A stretch of 64,000 bases of DNA. Origin: Lama glama. Lineage: Eukaryota. Made by a program: the position numbers and the translations under genes. The notes beneath the pieces were generated by a model that was not told where the DNA came from, did not search any database, and saw only the letters and a list, made by a program, of their open reading frames with translations. Below are positions 26,540 to 38,042 of the stretch, in pieces. Location of the stretch: contig CM052816.1 of assembly GCA_028534125.1 (NCBI GenBank), positions 75,456,001-75,520,000 of the forward strand, written 5' to 3'. How positions within the stretch are numbered: position 1 is the stretch's first letter; each line of letters begins with the position of its first letter.

Positions 26540-28200
26540 TAAATATTTTATTTGGCTTTGCTGGGATATAGAAATAATTGTTTCTGTAATAAACCTGTAT
26601 CCAGCAATATTACTAAATTCATTTGTTAATTTGAATATGTATCTGTAGATCCTTTTGGATTTTCTACATACACAATCATTTTGTCTGTGAGTAATATCAT
26701 TTTCTTTACTTTCTTTTTAGCGGCATACTTTTTTTTTCCTTTCCTATTGTACTGGATAGGATCTCCAGTATAGTAATGCATGAAAGTGGTGATAATAGAC
26801 ATCTTTTCTCTTTTCTGGCATTATGAAGAAAAGGTTCAATATTTTTCCGGTAACTATGATATTAGCTACAAGTTTTTTGTAGACACTTTTTGTCAGCTTA
26901 AGAAAGTTATCCTCTGTTCTTAATTGGATGAAAGTTTTATTGTAAGTGTTGAGTGTTAATAAATGCTTTTCTGCATCTATTAAATGATACACTTTGGGGT
27001 TTTGTTTCACTTACTTTATTCTACTTCCAACCATTTTTTGTATTTTTTTTTTATTGAACTACAGTCAGTTTATAATGTTGTGTCAATTTCTGGTGTATAG
27101 CATAATGCTTCAGTCATACATGAGCATACATATATTCATTTTCATATTCTTTTTCACTGTAAGTTACTTTAAGATATTGAATAAAGTTCACTGTGCTATA
27201 CAGTATGATACCTCATACCATTTATAAATATACAGTATAACTGTAGAGAACTAAAGAAGATTTCTGGAATATGAAACTATAGGATTAACTGAAGAAAATT
27301 TAGGAATGCATCTGTGACTTCAGATTTCTTAAACAAAAGTATTTCTTAAGCAAGAGAAAAACTATCCAGAGCAAAAATTAGCAAGCAAAAATAGACAAAT
27401 TATATTACATTAAAATTAAGACTCTTTCTTCTATCAAAGACACCATGGATAAAACTAACACATAGGTGACAGACTGACATAAGAGGTCTGCAAAATCCAA
27501 ACCTTACAAGACATTCATACCTAGAATGTATGGAGTACACCTAAAAATCAGGCAACAGAAGTAAAGAAGCACAATAGAAAAATAATCAAAGAATATGAAT
27601 TGTTAATTTACAGATAGAAAACCAGAATGCCTGGTGAGAATGGGATGCTGAATTCACTATTGGTCAGACATGCTACTTAAATAACCCTGAGATACCAATT
27701 TACAGGCACCAGAGGTAATACCAGCAGGTTGGATGACAAAAAATGCTAGTAAGACATCCTCATAAACTGCTGGTAAGAGTGTAAACTTGTATGGTTTTCT
27801 GAAGAGCAAGCTGGAAGTCTTTAGGAATTTTCTCACAGATTCACAAGGAAAGAGTACATTGTGCTTATAAGTGCAGGGAGTTAAAGGCAACAAAAGCACA
27901 TGCTAAGAGAGTAGATAAATAAGATGTAGTTGATTCAATAAATGCTTATGCTGCAGTAGATTTACACTGAATAAGGCTTCAAAGCATAATTTTGAATGAA
28001 GAAAGAAAGAAATCAAATAAAACTTTTAGCAAAATACCATTTATGTAAATTACAAAAATGCACATGGAAAACGAGACTTTGTATTGTTAGACTATAAACA
28101 TATATATCTAAATAACCATATGTCAGAACAAACATGTAATACATTATTAGCATATGCAACTAATCTGGGAAAAGAAATGAAACAAGATCTTTGAGGAAAA
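26540..28200. mobile_element. Cluster of old L1 fragments: antisense ORF2 ~26540-27000, antisense young 3' end ~27044-27205, sense L1ME-like ~27300-28200
   Basis: The minus-strand ORF 26744-27010 contains L1 RT-like IDAEK...KSVYKKLVANIIVTG. Poly(T) plus L1 3' UTR at 27044. Confidence 0.7.
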
Positions 28201-28559
28201 CAGTGAAGTAAAAGAAGATCTTGCGCAGACCAATGACGACATGGTTTTATAAACTGGTATATAATCAATTCTGTGCGTATAAATCTTTTAAAAAATATGT
28301 AATGTCACTCACAAAATTATATATGTATGTTATATATATATGTATACATCATACACACATTCTTTTGCATGTGTATACTTACACAGAGAGACACATACAC
28401 ATATATATTACATGGCTGGAAGTAGTTATTCTAAGTATTAATAGTGGTTTTGTCTGTTTATGAAAAGTGATTTTAATTTTTCTCTTAATATTTTTCCACA
28501 TTTTCTAAATCTTTCTCAATAAATATTATATAATCAGAAAAATTAATACCTATACATAT

Positions 28560-28835
28560 TTTAATTAAATGGGCAAAGTCCTAAAGAGAAAGGCAATTTT
28601 AAGCAATTTATTCTAAAAGTTTTTAAAAATGGAATCAGACTTCTTTTCTCGGCAGTAGCAATATCTATTACAATATTCCTTGAATAGGAAAATCATTGAA
28701 AACTCAGGTTCTGTGGATTAGCTAGAGTTGCAGGGTTACTGCTGATGGAAGCAATCATTTGCAAAGTCCAGAGTTTCCATGGAATGTTTATTTTGACAAC
28801 ACTCTAAGTGATGTTAGCTAGATCTCTAGGATATA
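28560..28835 (+). promoter_or_regulatory. Putative hepatocyte-type C6 proximal promoter
   Basis: HNF4-type CAAAGTCCA at 28762-28770, GGGCAAAGTCCT at 28571-28582, and FOXA-type TGTTTATTTTG at 28785-28795, immediately upstream of exon 1. Confidence 0.55.
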
Positions 28836-28969
28836 ACCTTGTTTTAGCTAGCACAGGGGAAAAAAAGACTTGTTTGGATTATCATATAAACCCTTTTCAT
28901 TATGAATACCTAATGTATCCTTAGCCATTTGCAAATTAGTTCCCTGGGTACCACAAACTCTTTTTAAAG
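28836..28969 (+). other. C6: C6 non-coding exon 1 (5' UTR); 5' boundary approximate
   Basis: Sequence ccttgttttagctagca...ttgtttggattatcatata...ccacaaactctttttaaag resembles the recalled human C6 5' UTR. It ends at a consensus donor AAG|GTGAGT (28969|28970). Confidence 0.8.
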
Positions 28970-31900
28970 GTGAGTGATATCATAATTTCATTTGTAATCT
29001 TAACATTTCAAAATCATGGATCATGTTTCCAGCAAACTTACCCTTTCTTGCATAAAAACACATAACTCAGATTACAGTCATTTGTCTTTCTTTTAAAATA
29101 AGATATAACTATTTTGCTTAAACCTCAAAAGAACAGAAAGATTCATATTTCTTAGAGAACTGTCCTTCCAGAGAGATGCCTTGGTGATATCAAGTTTTTC
29201 TGTAAGCTTAATTACAGTTAAAAGTAAAGCAAACATAACCTTTAACCAAAGACTAGTCATGTGCCTGGTCTTCCCAGCCTGCCCTACCAGCGGTAAACAT
29301 ACTTTCTTGAGCTTCTGGGGCATGCACAGAAGGGAAAAAAAGAAATAAGAGATTCAAGACATTTACAAGAAGATGGACAAGAAGAACCTGCAGTCGGGGG
29401 CAAACTAGAGCATCCTCTGAACCTGTCGGGTAAGAAGCACTGAACTGTTTTAGGGACAAATCATTCAGGTAACAGGTCAGAATAAAATGGATTTCGCTCT
29501 ATGCTAGAATTCTCCAAATGCTCACAAAGCTATTTTCAATGGTTCAATGAGATCACTAATTTTCAGAGTTCAAGAGGGGATGGCAATTACGAGAAAATTG
29601 AGGAATTGCTGCTCTTCTACTGTGTTACTGCAGTGGAAGATTTTTCATAACTATCTTTCTCTATTCACAGAACGTTCTTTTTGTTCCAAGTTTATATGAA
29701 AATTGTATGGTAATGTGTAAAATGCCCATGTGATTTTAGATATCTCACAAATGCCTAGAGCTGTTGAAAATTAGTGAGGAACCATTTGATATTATATGCT
29801 GGGCTATGATAATAAAAAACTTGGGAAATAATTATCTTTATTTGAATGAAAATTATCCTTTTGACATACAACGATTTTTCCTTATAACAATTAAATATTA
29901 TAAAAGGAGACACTGCCAATTAGCTCTTTTATTAGCATTTCCTCAAATAAGAAGTTTGGTATTACCATCTTAATTTATAGCATTTTCCAAATTGTCTCAG
30001 AAGAGCATAGCCAAAGAAAAGATCAGAATATTTTACAAGGGTTCTGTTCTTGCAGTTTTTTGATGATAATTGGAATAAAATACACTTATATTTTTCAAGC
30101 TTTTGGAAGTTAAAACAGAGAGTGTCTGCTGAAACTTGAGAACTAATCATGTCTTGTAATATAACTTCTCCCAATCATTTACATGCTGATTCCACAAAAT
30201 ACTTCAAGATTTTCTCAGAACAATTGAATTATTCTGAAAGATATCTAGCTCTTCAAAATTTAATAAGAAAAACAAATAAACAGCAACAAACCCCCTCTGT
30301 TTAGTTTTCCTTGCTGAAGTAGCTCTTGTTTGAGAAGATCCCAGTTTGGGGGTGAGGGGTCGGAGGGGTGGTCTGTCTAGTGATTAAGTGGGAAACTTCA
30401 CAGTGTTTAGGAGCCTCAGCTCCCAGTGGCACTGAAGCCAGTGAAAGAACCCGTCTGGGCTTGGGTCTGATGCTCAGGACTCACACTATGTATTTGATCG
30501 GATCACTCTTTTCCCAATGTCCATGGTTCTGTGCTGCTGAAGAAAACCAGGAAAGGTGAGTTACATACAGTGAACTAAAACAATAGGCAAGTGATGTGGA
30601 TTTTTTATGGAGCCTCTCTTTTTCATGATTGAAATAGCCTAGGGCTGTAGTAGCTTTTCTACGAGTTGGATTACAAAAAGCTTGAATAAAATTGTGAGAA
30701 GCATCTTTAGTTTCTGTCTACCTTCCCCAGACAGTAATAATGGATTCTATTTCTTTTTCTCTCACCCAGTACTATGCAGCACACAATGGATACTCAAATC
30801 CGTGTCGATTCCATTTTAAATTGAAGGACATATTCAGCCACATGTCAATAGATTTGGTTGCTTTTATTCTAAATTTTTTCTCTAAGCTTGTAGAAGAGTT
30901 TAAAAATGCTTATTTATTATGAAGAAATCCTCTAATTTCTGAACATACTGGAGAAACAATTCTTGTATCTGATCTCATACTCTTGGCTTGAATGAAGTTT
31001 TATAAAACGATTAACCTCTTTTTTTTTAATTAAAGTACCCTTTCATCCAAATAAAATACATGAAGTAACCACATTAAAATATAACTTAAAAACTCACGCT
31101 CTGAGACATTTGAGGGAGCCATATTTCAGTAGGGCAATTTGGCAAATTCTATTAATATTTTAAAATTCATATCACTTGAGCCAGTCTACTGCTAGGAATA
31201 TATTTGCTGGTCCCATGGATATACTACAAAATTATGCTAGGATATTATTATATCTTTTTATTATATATTACTATTATTGTATCTTATGGTACCCAAAGAT
31301 GTTTATTGCAGTGTGTGTACACTGAATGTCTACAATTAGAATAATGGTGAAATTCAGTGTAATACATTCATATGGTATAAAACTATGCAGTCATTAAAAA
31401 GAGTGAAGTAGATATATATCTAGTAATATGGAAATATTTTTAAAGTATACTATGAAGTGGAAAAAAGCAAAGTACAAAGTAGTATACATCACATATCCTC
31501 TTTTTTGCATATATATTTAAAGAACATTTATACATGTGTACATGTAAGGTGATGTATGGAAGAATTTTTCCTCCATTTGCTACCTACAAAAAGAGAAAAT
31601 TGATTATGTGCAGGGAAATTTCCGGCTACAGGTAGAAGAGAACTTGGACCTTATATTTTTCTTTCTGTTCTGTTTAAATTTTTCAAATATAGGTGTGTAT
31701 TATTTGTATTTTCTGAGCATCAGCAGAAATTTTCCAGTTGATCATATAATAAACCATCTTAATGTTCTCCTTCATACACTGTTATATATTTTAGAACACA
31801 ATGTTATCAAATAAATAAGAAGCAGACTAACTAAATATATTACAAGTGTTCTAAAAACAAATCTGAATCTTAAGAGAGCTAGTTTTTCATCTCAATCAAC

Positions 31901-33684
31901 TATTACAACAAAGTAGAAATAAGCCAGTTATGCTATAAACTATCACTCTTGCTAAAACAATGAATGAGAACTGAACAGACAAGTTCGTTTCTAGTCTATG
32001 AAATATCCTTAATCTGACAAATTTTTTAAGAATAATGTTACGGAAGTGGCTGTAATTACGGACATAAATTGCATTATTCTTATTTCATCAAAACTCATTT
32101 CTAAACTGTTTCCTGGACTCAATTCTATAACATTTGTTCATTATATACTATGCTTGCTCTTATTCTTTATATGCTGAAATGAACAAAACAGACAAAAAAG
32201 ATCAGCTGTGGCAGTGTTTACATTCTAGTGAAGAAGGAGAAAGGGAAGAGGAGGTACATTTATTTAAATTATATAATAATGTATATATTAGGAAGGTATT
32301 CATAACAGGGAAAATAAAGCAGTGATGGGGGATAGGAAACACTGATGGGAAATTGAAATTTCAAAAAACATGGTCAGGGATCTGATTTTATTTGTAAGAT
32401 AAAAGGTAACTAAAGCCATGTTTCTAAATAATTTTGAACATAAATAGCCTTATTTAACGTCAAAAAATATTTTCAATTTTATCATGATTCTTGCTATAAT
32501 TTGAGGAATCCCTAATTTTGAAAAATTCATGACCAACAGCTACAATCAAATTTATAACACTCAAGTGTTATTACTATTTTAAAAAGCTAGTATTTGTTGA
32601 GTGATGATTCTATGCCAAAGATTGTTCTAAGCACTTTAAATGAATCTTCTTCTGACTGAATCCTAACAAAAATTTATGAAGAGGGTAAAAGTATTATTCC
32701 TATTTTATGGATAAGAAAACAGACACAGAAAAAGTAGGTGAATGGCTTTCTATTTCTTTGAATGGAAGTTACTATAGTAATTACAGCAGCATTTTCTGTG
32801 TATATTTAATCAGGTTGCATGTTTTGTTAGAGATACAAAAATCAAAATGGCAATATGGTTTGGGGACATATTCCATTCAGTAACTCAGATTCTCAAATTT
32901 CCACAGGCCGTGGGGAATCACCAGCCAAAATTTTCTCCAGCATTCAGCCACATCTGCATGAACCCTCTTGCGGTCTAGGAGGTTACTAGAAATTCAGTGA
33001 AGGATGCGCCTCATCCAGGGATGAGGAGGCCTGGGCTATCACTTGTCATGTAGCCTCAACATCACTGCACCTGCTTAAGCCTCAATCTCATCATTCATAA
33101 AGTGAGAAAACTTAACCTGGAGGTTTCAAAGATCCAGTCCAGCTCTAACTTCCACGACTTTAAAAGTAAAGATAGTGGGATAATGAACTCTCTCTTTAGC
33201 AAATTTCCAAGATGCCAGAAAACTAAAAAGAATTTCAGAAAGAAAGATTCCAAACTCTTTCCCCAGTTGCAGAAAAGTACGAAAAAACTGAAAGTCATAC
33301 TAGGTAATACTTGAGGGTACTTCTCACACAAAATAAGCAGTTGTTTTAAAAAGTATAAGATTGTATAAAAATTTCCATTGTGGAAAATAATGAGATATTA
33401 CATACATTGTCCTGTAGCCTATCACTAACGGTTCAGAAAAACTTACTAGTACTGGGGATTCTAACTATGGGAATGTCTAACCTAAAAATCTTTAGAAATC
33501 AAATTTGTATTAATAGGCATGTGAATTTATATGTGTTACCTTGCCTTAAGGAAGGCAGGGAGATGCAGATGTTTTCTAAGACCATATTTGTGTCTGTAAC
33601 TGAGAATGACTTGAAAGGTTTTACCCCACAAATGTTTGATATGTAGTATATCATTTCTTTTCAGGGTCTGGAGGTTCTCAAGGA

Positions 33685-33827
33685 ATGGCCAGACACTCCA
33701 TATTATATTTTATCCTGCTGAGTGCTCTGATTGACAAGAGCCAAGCCTGTTTCTGTGATCATTACCCATGGACTCAATGGTCCAGCTGCTCAAAAACCTG
33801 CAATTCTGGAACCCAAACCAGACAGAG
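33685..33827 (+). CDS. C6: C6 exon 2 coding part: signal peptide and start of TSP1 #1 (exon begins at 33665)
   Basis: Acceptor tttcag|33665, ATG at 33685. Translates MARHSILYFILLSALIDKSQACFCDHYPWTQWSSCSKTCNSGTQTRQ(R). Donor AG|GTGGGT, phase 2. Confidence 0.97.
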
Positions 33828-33904
33828 GTGGGTGTGGACTATGTAGCTTTTCTTTGCACCCTGGGAAACCTCAAGGACAGTTAACAAAATCAAAAGTGTC
33901 ACAT

Positions 33905-34045
33905 AAAGCAATGGGAAAAAATATATATCGAAGTATAATTTTTGCAGAATATAATCTGCAAAACTACTGAATCACTGTGCTCTACGCTTGAAATTAATAA
34001 AATGTCAATCAACTATACTTTAATTTTTAAAAATCTTTAAAAAAG
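33905..34045 (+). mobile_element. Short sense L1 3'-end fragment in intron 2
   Basis: ctgaatcactgtgctctacgcttgaaa...aatcaactatacttt plus an A-rich tail, similar to 4449-4510. Confidence 0.7.
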
Positions 34046-34999
34046 AAACTCATGAATTTGGATGGAATTTGAGGTCTTTTCCACATAAGTTTGAAATGAA
34101 ATCTACTTTTGTTCTTTCCAAAAAATTGAGGAGTTTCAAAGTAATTTAAATAAGAATCCGTGTAATATTGTCAGCTGACTATTTAACTTAGAAATACTAC
34201 TCAGGCTTTTTTTCAATCAGCACATAACTCTGCTTGCCTACAGTTAGTGAGTTAATTATAGAGAATTTTCCACTCATTGAATCGAGTCTAACAGGACCTC
34301 AATTGAGCAGCACTGCTAGCTATTAGCGTGATTGTTTGGCATGGACAAGAAGGCAAGAAAACTGTGTTTACTTGGTAACATTTAATAATTCGGTCTTTTC
34401 GTCAATTCAGACTATTCATCCCCCACAGTTTCTTTAAATCTGTTAAATGTTTTTGTTCCATGAAGAGGTTCACATGACTTGGAGGAGAAAGGCATATATT
34501 TTAATGTGTTTTAACTGTGATGGCACTTTTTAGAGATCTATTTTAGAAAGCTATTTTTACATATATAGTGTGAGTCTCATTAAAATTCCAAATGACCACC
34601 CCAATAAACCATCCACTAAGTATGTAAAAACAGATTTGTGGATAACACTCATAGCTCTCTACTGCCTACCAAATAAAGTACAACAATATATCCCATCCTT
34701 CTCAACCAGGCACTTCTCAGGTCCATCCCACAACCTCCTCCGTAGACATGTCATACTCCTCCACCTCTGATCTTTGCACATGCTGTTCCTTCTGAATGCC
34801 CTTTCCTCTGTTGCCCAGAAAACTCACATGAGGTTTTCAAAATGTATCTTTCATGTTACTTTCTCTTCTAATCTATGGCCCTATAGCACTCGGCTCTAGC
34901 TCAGCCATCATACTTACCACACAGTGTTGTCATCTTTTAAGCAATTTACAGAAACTTTTTTTCTTTTCTTTCCCTTCCAGTCCCTTCCAGGAATTCCAC

Positions 35000-35177
35000 C
35001 AGGGCCGGCTTCATGGATGTGTGACCCGTGCCATCACACGGGTCCCTGCCCTGAGAAGGGCTCTGTGCTTGGCTTAATGCTCTTCCATCCCTTTCTCGAA
35101 ATTCTTGACAATTTTGGACCATGAGGGCCTCTGTTTTCATTTTGCACTGGGCCCCACCAATTGTGGACTCAGTCCTG
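35000..35177 (+). mobile_element. MER53-like hAT MITE
   Basis: cagggccggcttcatgg...cattttgcactgggcccc...agtcctg with cagg/cctg termini. Confidence 0.8.
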
Positions 35178-35349
35178 AGGTCCTAAGTGGACTATGTGTT
35201 CCTAAGAACTGCACATATGCCAACCTATCAGATTTTCCATGAAACCTTTCCTTTCTTTCACTGTAGTTGATGTTCAATGATATCTTTCTTATGGGGCTGG
35301 AGCCACAGTGAATACACTCATTCTAAGCAGGTTTTCCTCACTATTGCAG

Positions 35350-35506
35350 GCAGATAGTTATAAATCAGTACTATCTGAAAAACTTTTGTGATCAGCTTTG
35401 CACGAAGCAGGAGACCAGAGAATGTAACTGGCAGACTTGTCCTATCAACTGCCTCCTGGGAGATTATGGACCATGGTCAGACTGTGACCCTTGTGTTGAA
35501 AAACAG
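35350..35506 (+). CDS. C6: C6 exon 3: end of TSP1 #1, start of TSP1 #2
   Basis: ttgcag|G, then QIVINQYYLKNFCDQLCTKQETRECNWQTCPINCLLGDYGPWSDCDPCVEKQ|GTAGGT. 157 nt, phase 2 to 0. Confidence 0.97.
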
Positions 35507-36300
35507 GTAGGTGACACATGCGTATATTCAGGAAATCGGAATCACGATAAAATTCTGGAATTCCCAGACAGACTCAACAATCACAGAAATGCTGAATTTC
35601 TTCAATTTCTTAAAATAAACAGTCCCAGCTTCCACTGAGGGAAAAATTCCATTTAGCAATATTGGGGGGGAGGGAGGGTTCATTTTGCATGTTTTATTGT
35701 CATGTGAACACCAAAAAGAAGCTCTGCCCCCCAGTATTGATACTGCAGTCGCCCAGCTCTGAATTCCATGGCCTGTGTCCTCTGAGAGCTCAGAAAGCAA
35801 AAACATGCTAAAAGATGGGGATTTCAGTCCAAGGTTTAAAATCAGAAGGAAATGAAGGGAAATAATTAAAATGACTCCTTGCCCTTCTCTAATTTCCCTC
35901 TCCCTATGGGAAAGTCCTTCAATTTGTTTGTTGCTTCTGGCTGCAGTATTGACCCACCTCAAGCTCATCCCTGTAAGGACACTGACTGGCCCGTGTGAAC
36001 CCCAGTCAGGGCAGCCGCTAAGCATTCACACATTAGGGAAGCAAAGGAACTCATTGCTAAAGCAGCCACTCTCTGAGAGAAACTGCTCTAGGTTCCTTCC
36101 ATACATCGCCTTATTTAAACTTCACATCACATTGTTTTTCTACCCATTTTACTGATGAGAAAGTTATAGGTCATTAAGTAATTAAGTAATTTGCCCAAGA
36201 ATATACCATTAATGAATAGGAAACTACATTTTGGACTTGGATTTTTCTGACTTTAAAGTTGTCCTTTAATCCTATCATATTTCTATCCTTCTCTGACTCT

Positions 36301-36531
36301 TTTTTTTTCAATTGAAGTTGTATCAATGTTGTATCAATTTCTGGTGTACAGCATAATAATTCAGTCATACATATATATACATATGTTCGTTTTCATATTC
36401 TTTTTCATTACTGGTTACTACAAGATATTGAATACAGAAGAAACTTGTTGTTTATCTATTTTATATATAGTAGTTATTATCTGCAAATCTTGAACTCCCA
36501 ATTTATCCCTTCCCATCCCCTTTGCCCCCTG
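36301..36531 (-). mobile_element. Short antisense L1 3'-end insertion
   Basis: Poly(T) plus L1 3' UTR. Degenerate TSD tatccttctctgactct / tatccctccctgactct (36284 and 36532). Confidence 0.85.
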
Positions 36532-37026
36532 TATCCCTCCCTGACTCTTTGTTTTACTACTGCCCATTTAAAATCTTTTAAAGTGCAGAGTGTATTAGCC
36601 TTGGGCTCCATGGTGACTTTCACATACAAAAGAGCCCCTAATCTTTTTATTTTTATTACTTCACACTATCTTTGAGAAATGAAAGGGCTATTGTTATTAC
36701 CTGGAAGATTTATTGCACTCAGGACACTCTCAGTAAATATTTGCTCATTTGATTCTGATTTAATTTAGAATCATATGATTTCAGAATTAGAAGTCTTAGA
36801 AATCTTTTGTCCCACTTCCTCATTTTACTGGTTGGAAAAGTGAGGCCCAAAAAGTATTGACTTCCTTAGGAACACACGATAATGGAACTGGAAAAATCAC
36901 TAGATAATTTAGGAAACACCACTATCGGAAAAATCACTACTGTGATTGAGAAGCCCAGTTTTCTTATCTATTTTTTGGCTTTGACCCAGCCTCAGAGTTA
37001 CTCACCTTTCTCTCCTTTTCTTTCAG

Positions 37027-37171
37027 TTTAAAGTTAGATCCATCTTGCGCCCCAGTCAGTTTGGAGGACAACCGTGTACTGAGCCCCTCATGACCTTTCA
37101 ACCATGCATTCCATCTAAGCTCTGCAAAATTGAAGAAGTCGACTGCGAGGATAAATTCCGCTGTGACAGTG
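37027..37171 (+). CDS. C6: C6 exon 4: TSP1 #2, start of LDL-receptor class A module
   Basis: tttcag|FKVRSILRPSQFGGQPCTEPLMTFQPCIPSKLCKIEEVDCEDKFRCDS(G)|GTAATG. 145 nt, phase 0 to 1. Confidence 0.97.
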
Positions 37172-37833
37172 GTAATGTACTTTTGGAAAATGTTCAGTTT
37201 CCACTAAAAAATGACTAAATAAAGTTATTCCAATTGACTCCCAGTGAAAGCCATGATCGAGAAGTCCCACCACATTTTCAGCATGGGGAGACAGGGGTGT
37301 TATGGTACCAATTACACGTTATTCATGTGTGAAATTACAGCTTTCAAGCTATAATCATCTTGGCCACTTGCCTGATTCATTTGCTTATCAAGTACTGGTG
37401 CCCAGGTTCCTACTCGATCATCAAACAGTAGGAGGAGGAGGCAAATACTTTTAACAATCGGCTATTAATAAGCACAAGTCTAGAATCAGAATGAGCAGTT
37501 GAAAAGGAGTGACAGATTTATAAGATTTTAATATCATTTATTAAGATAAGAATATTCATATTAAGATACTATGTCAAGGGGATGACTAGAGATGATGTGA
37601 CAAATTTTCTGGCATGGTCCATTGAATGACTCCAAGATAATTCCAAAAGAGAAGACTGAAAATGATTCAGATGATGACATCAATCCCTTCGAGTCCAATT
37701 CTAATTCAGGTTTGTAAATTCTGATATTTAAATATCACTGAATTATAAGCACATCTTGAATATACTACTTAATCTATATATTCTCTTGCTTATTGATAGC
37801 CCTCCAAGGCTCAGCACTTTGAGCAGTCTAGAT

Positions 37834-38042
37834 CAGATGTCTGCCAACTTTTTCAGTAAAGGTCCAGACGGTAAATATTTCAGGCTTTGCAGGCCATACC
37901 GTCTACTTTGCAACCACTCAAGTCTGGCGTCATAGCATCCAAGCTGCCATGGACAGTATATAAACAGATGAGCACGGCTGTGTTCCAATAGAATTTTATT
38001 TACAAAAGCATTTAGTCCATGGGCCAGAGTTCATTGATTTCT
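37834..38042 (-). mobile_element. MER58A-like hAT MITE
   Basis: aactttttcagtaaaggtccagacggtaaatatttcaggctttgcaggcca...ggctgtgttccaatagaattttatttacaaaa. Confidence 0.8.

Noticed and set aside
34985..34993. STAT-type TTCCAGGAA sites (also near 19719) as acute-phase elements
   Set aside because: Isolated 9-mers in or beside repeats; a few are expected by chance in 64 kb.
35528..36025. 165-aa antisense ORF in intron 3 (also the 140-aa ORF at 53546-53968)
   Set aside because: No recognisable domain, apparently non-ATG starts, and low-complexity or repeat-overlapping composition; consistent with chance ORFs.
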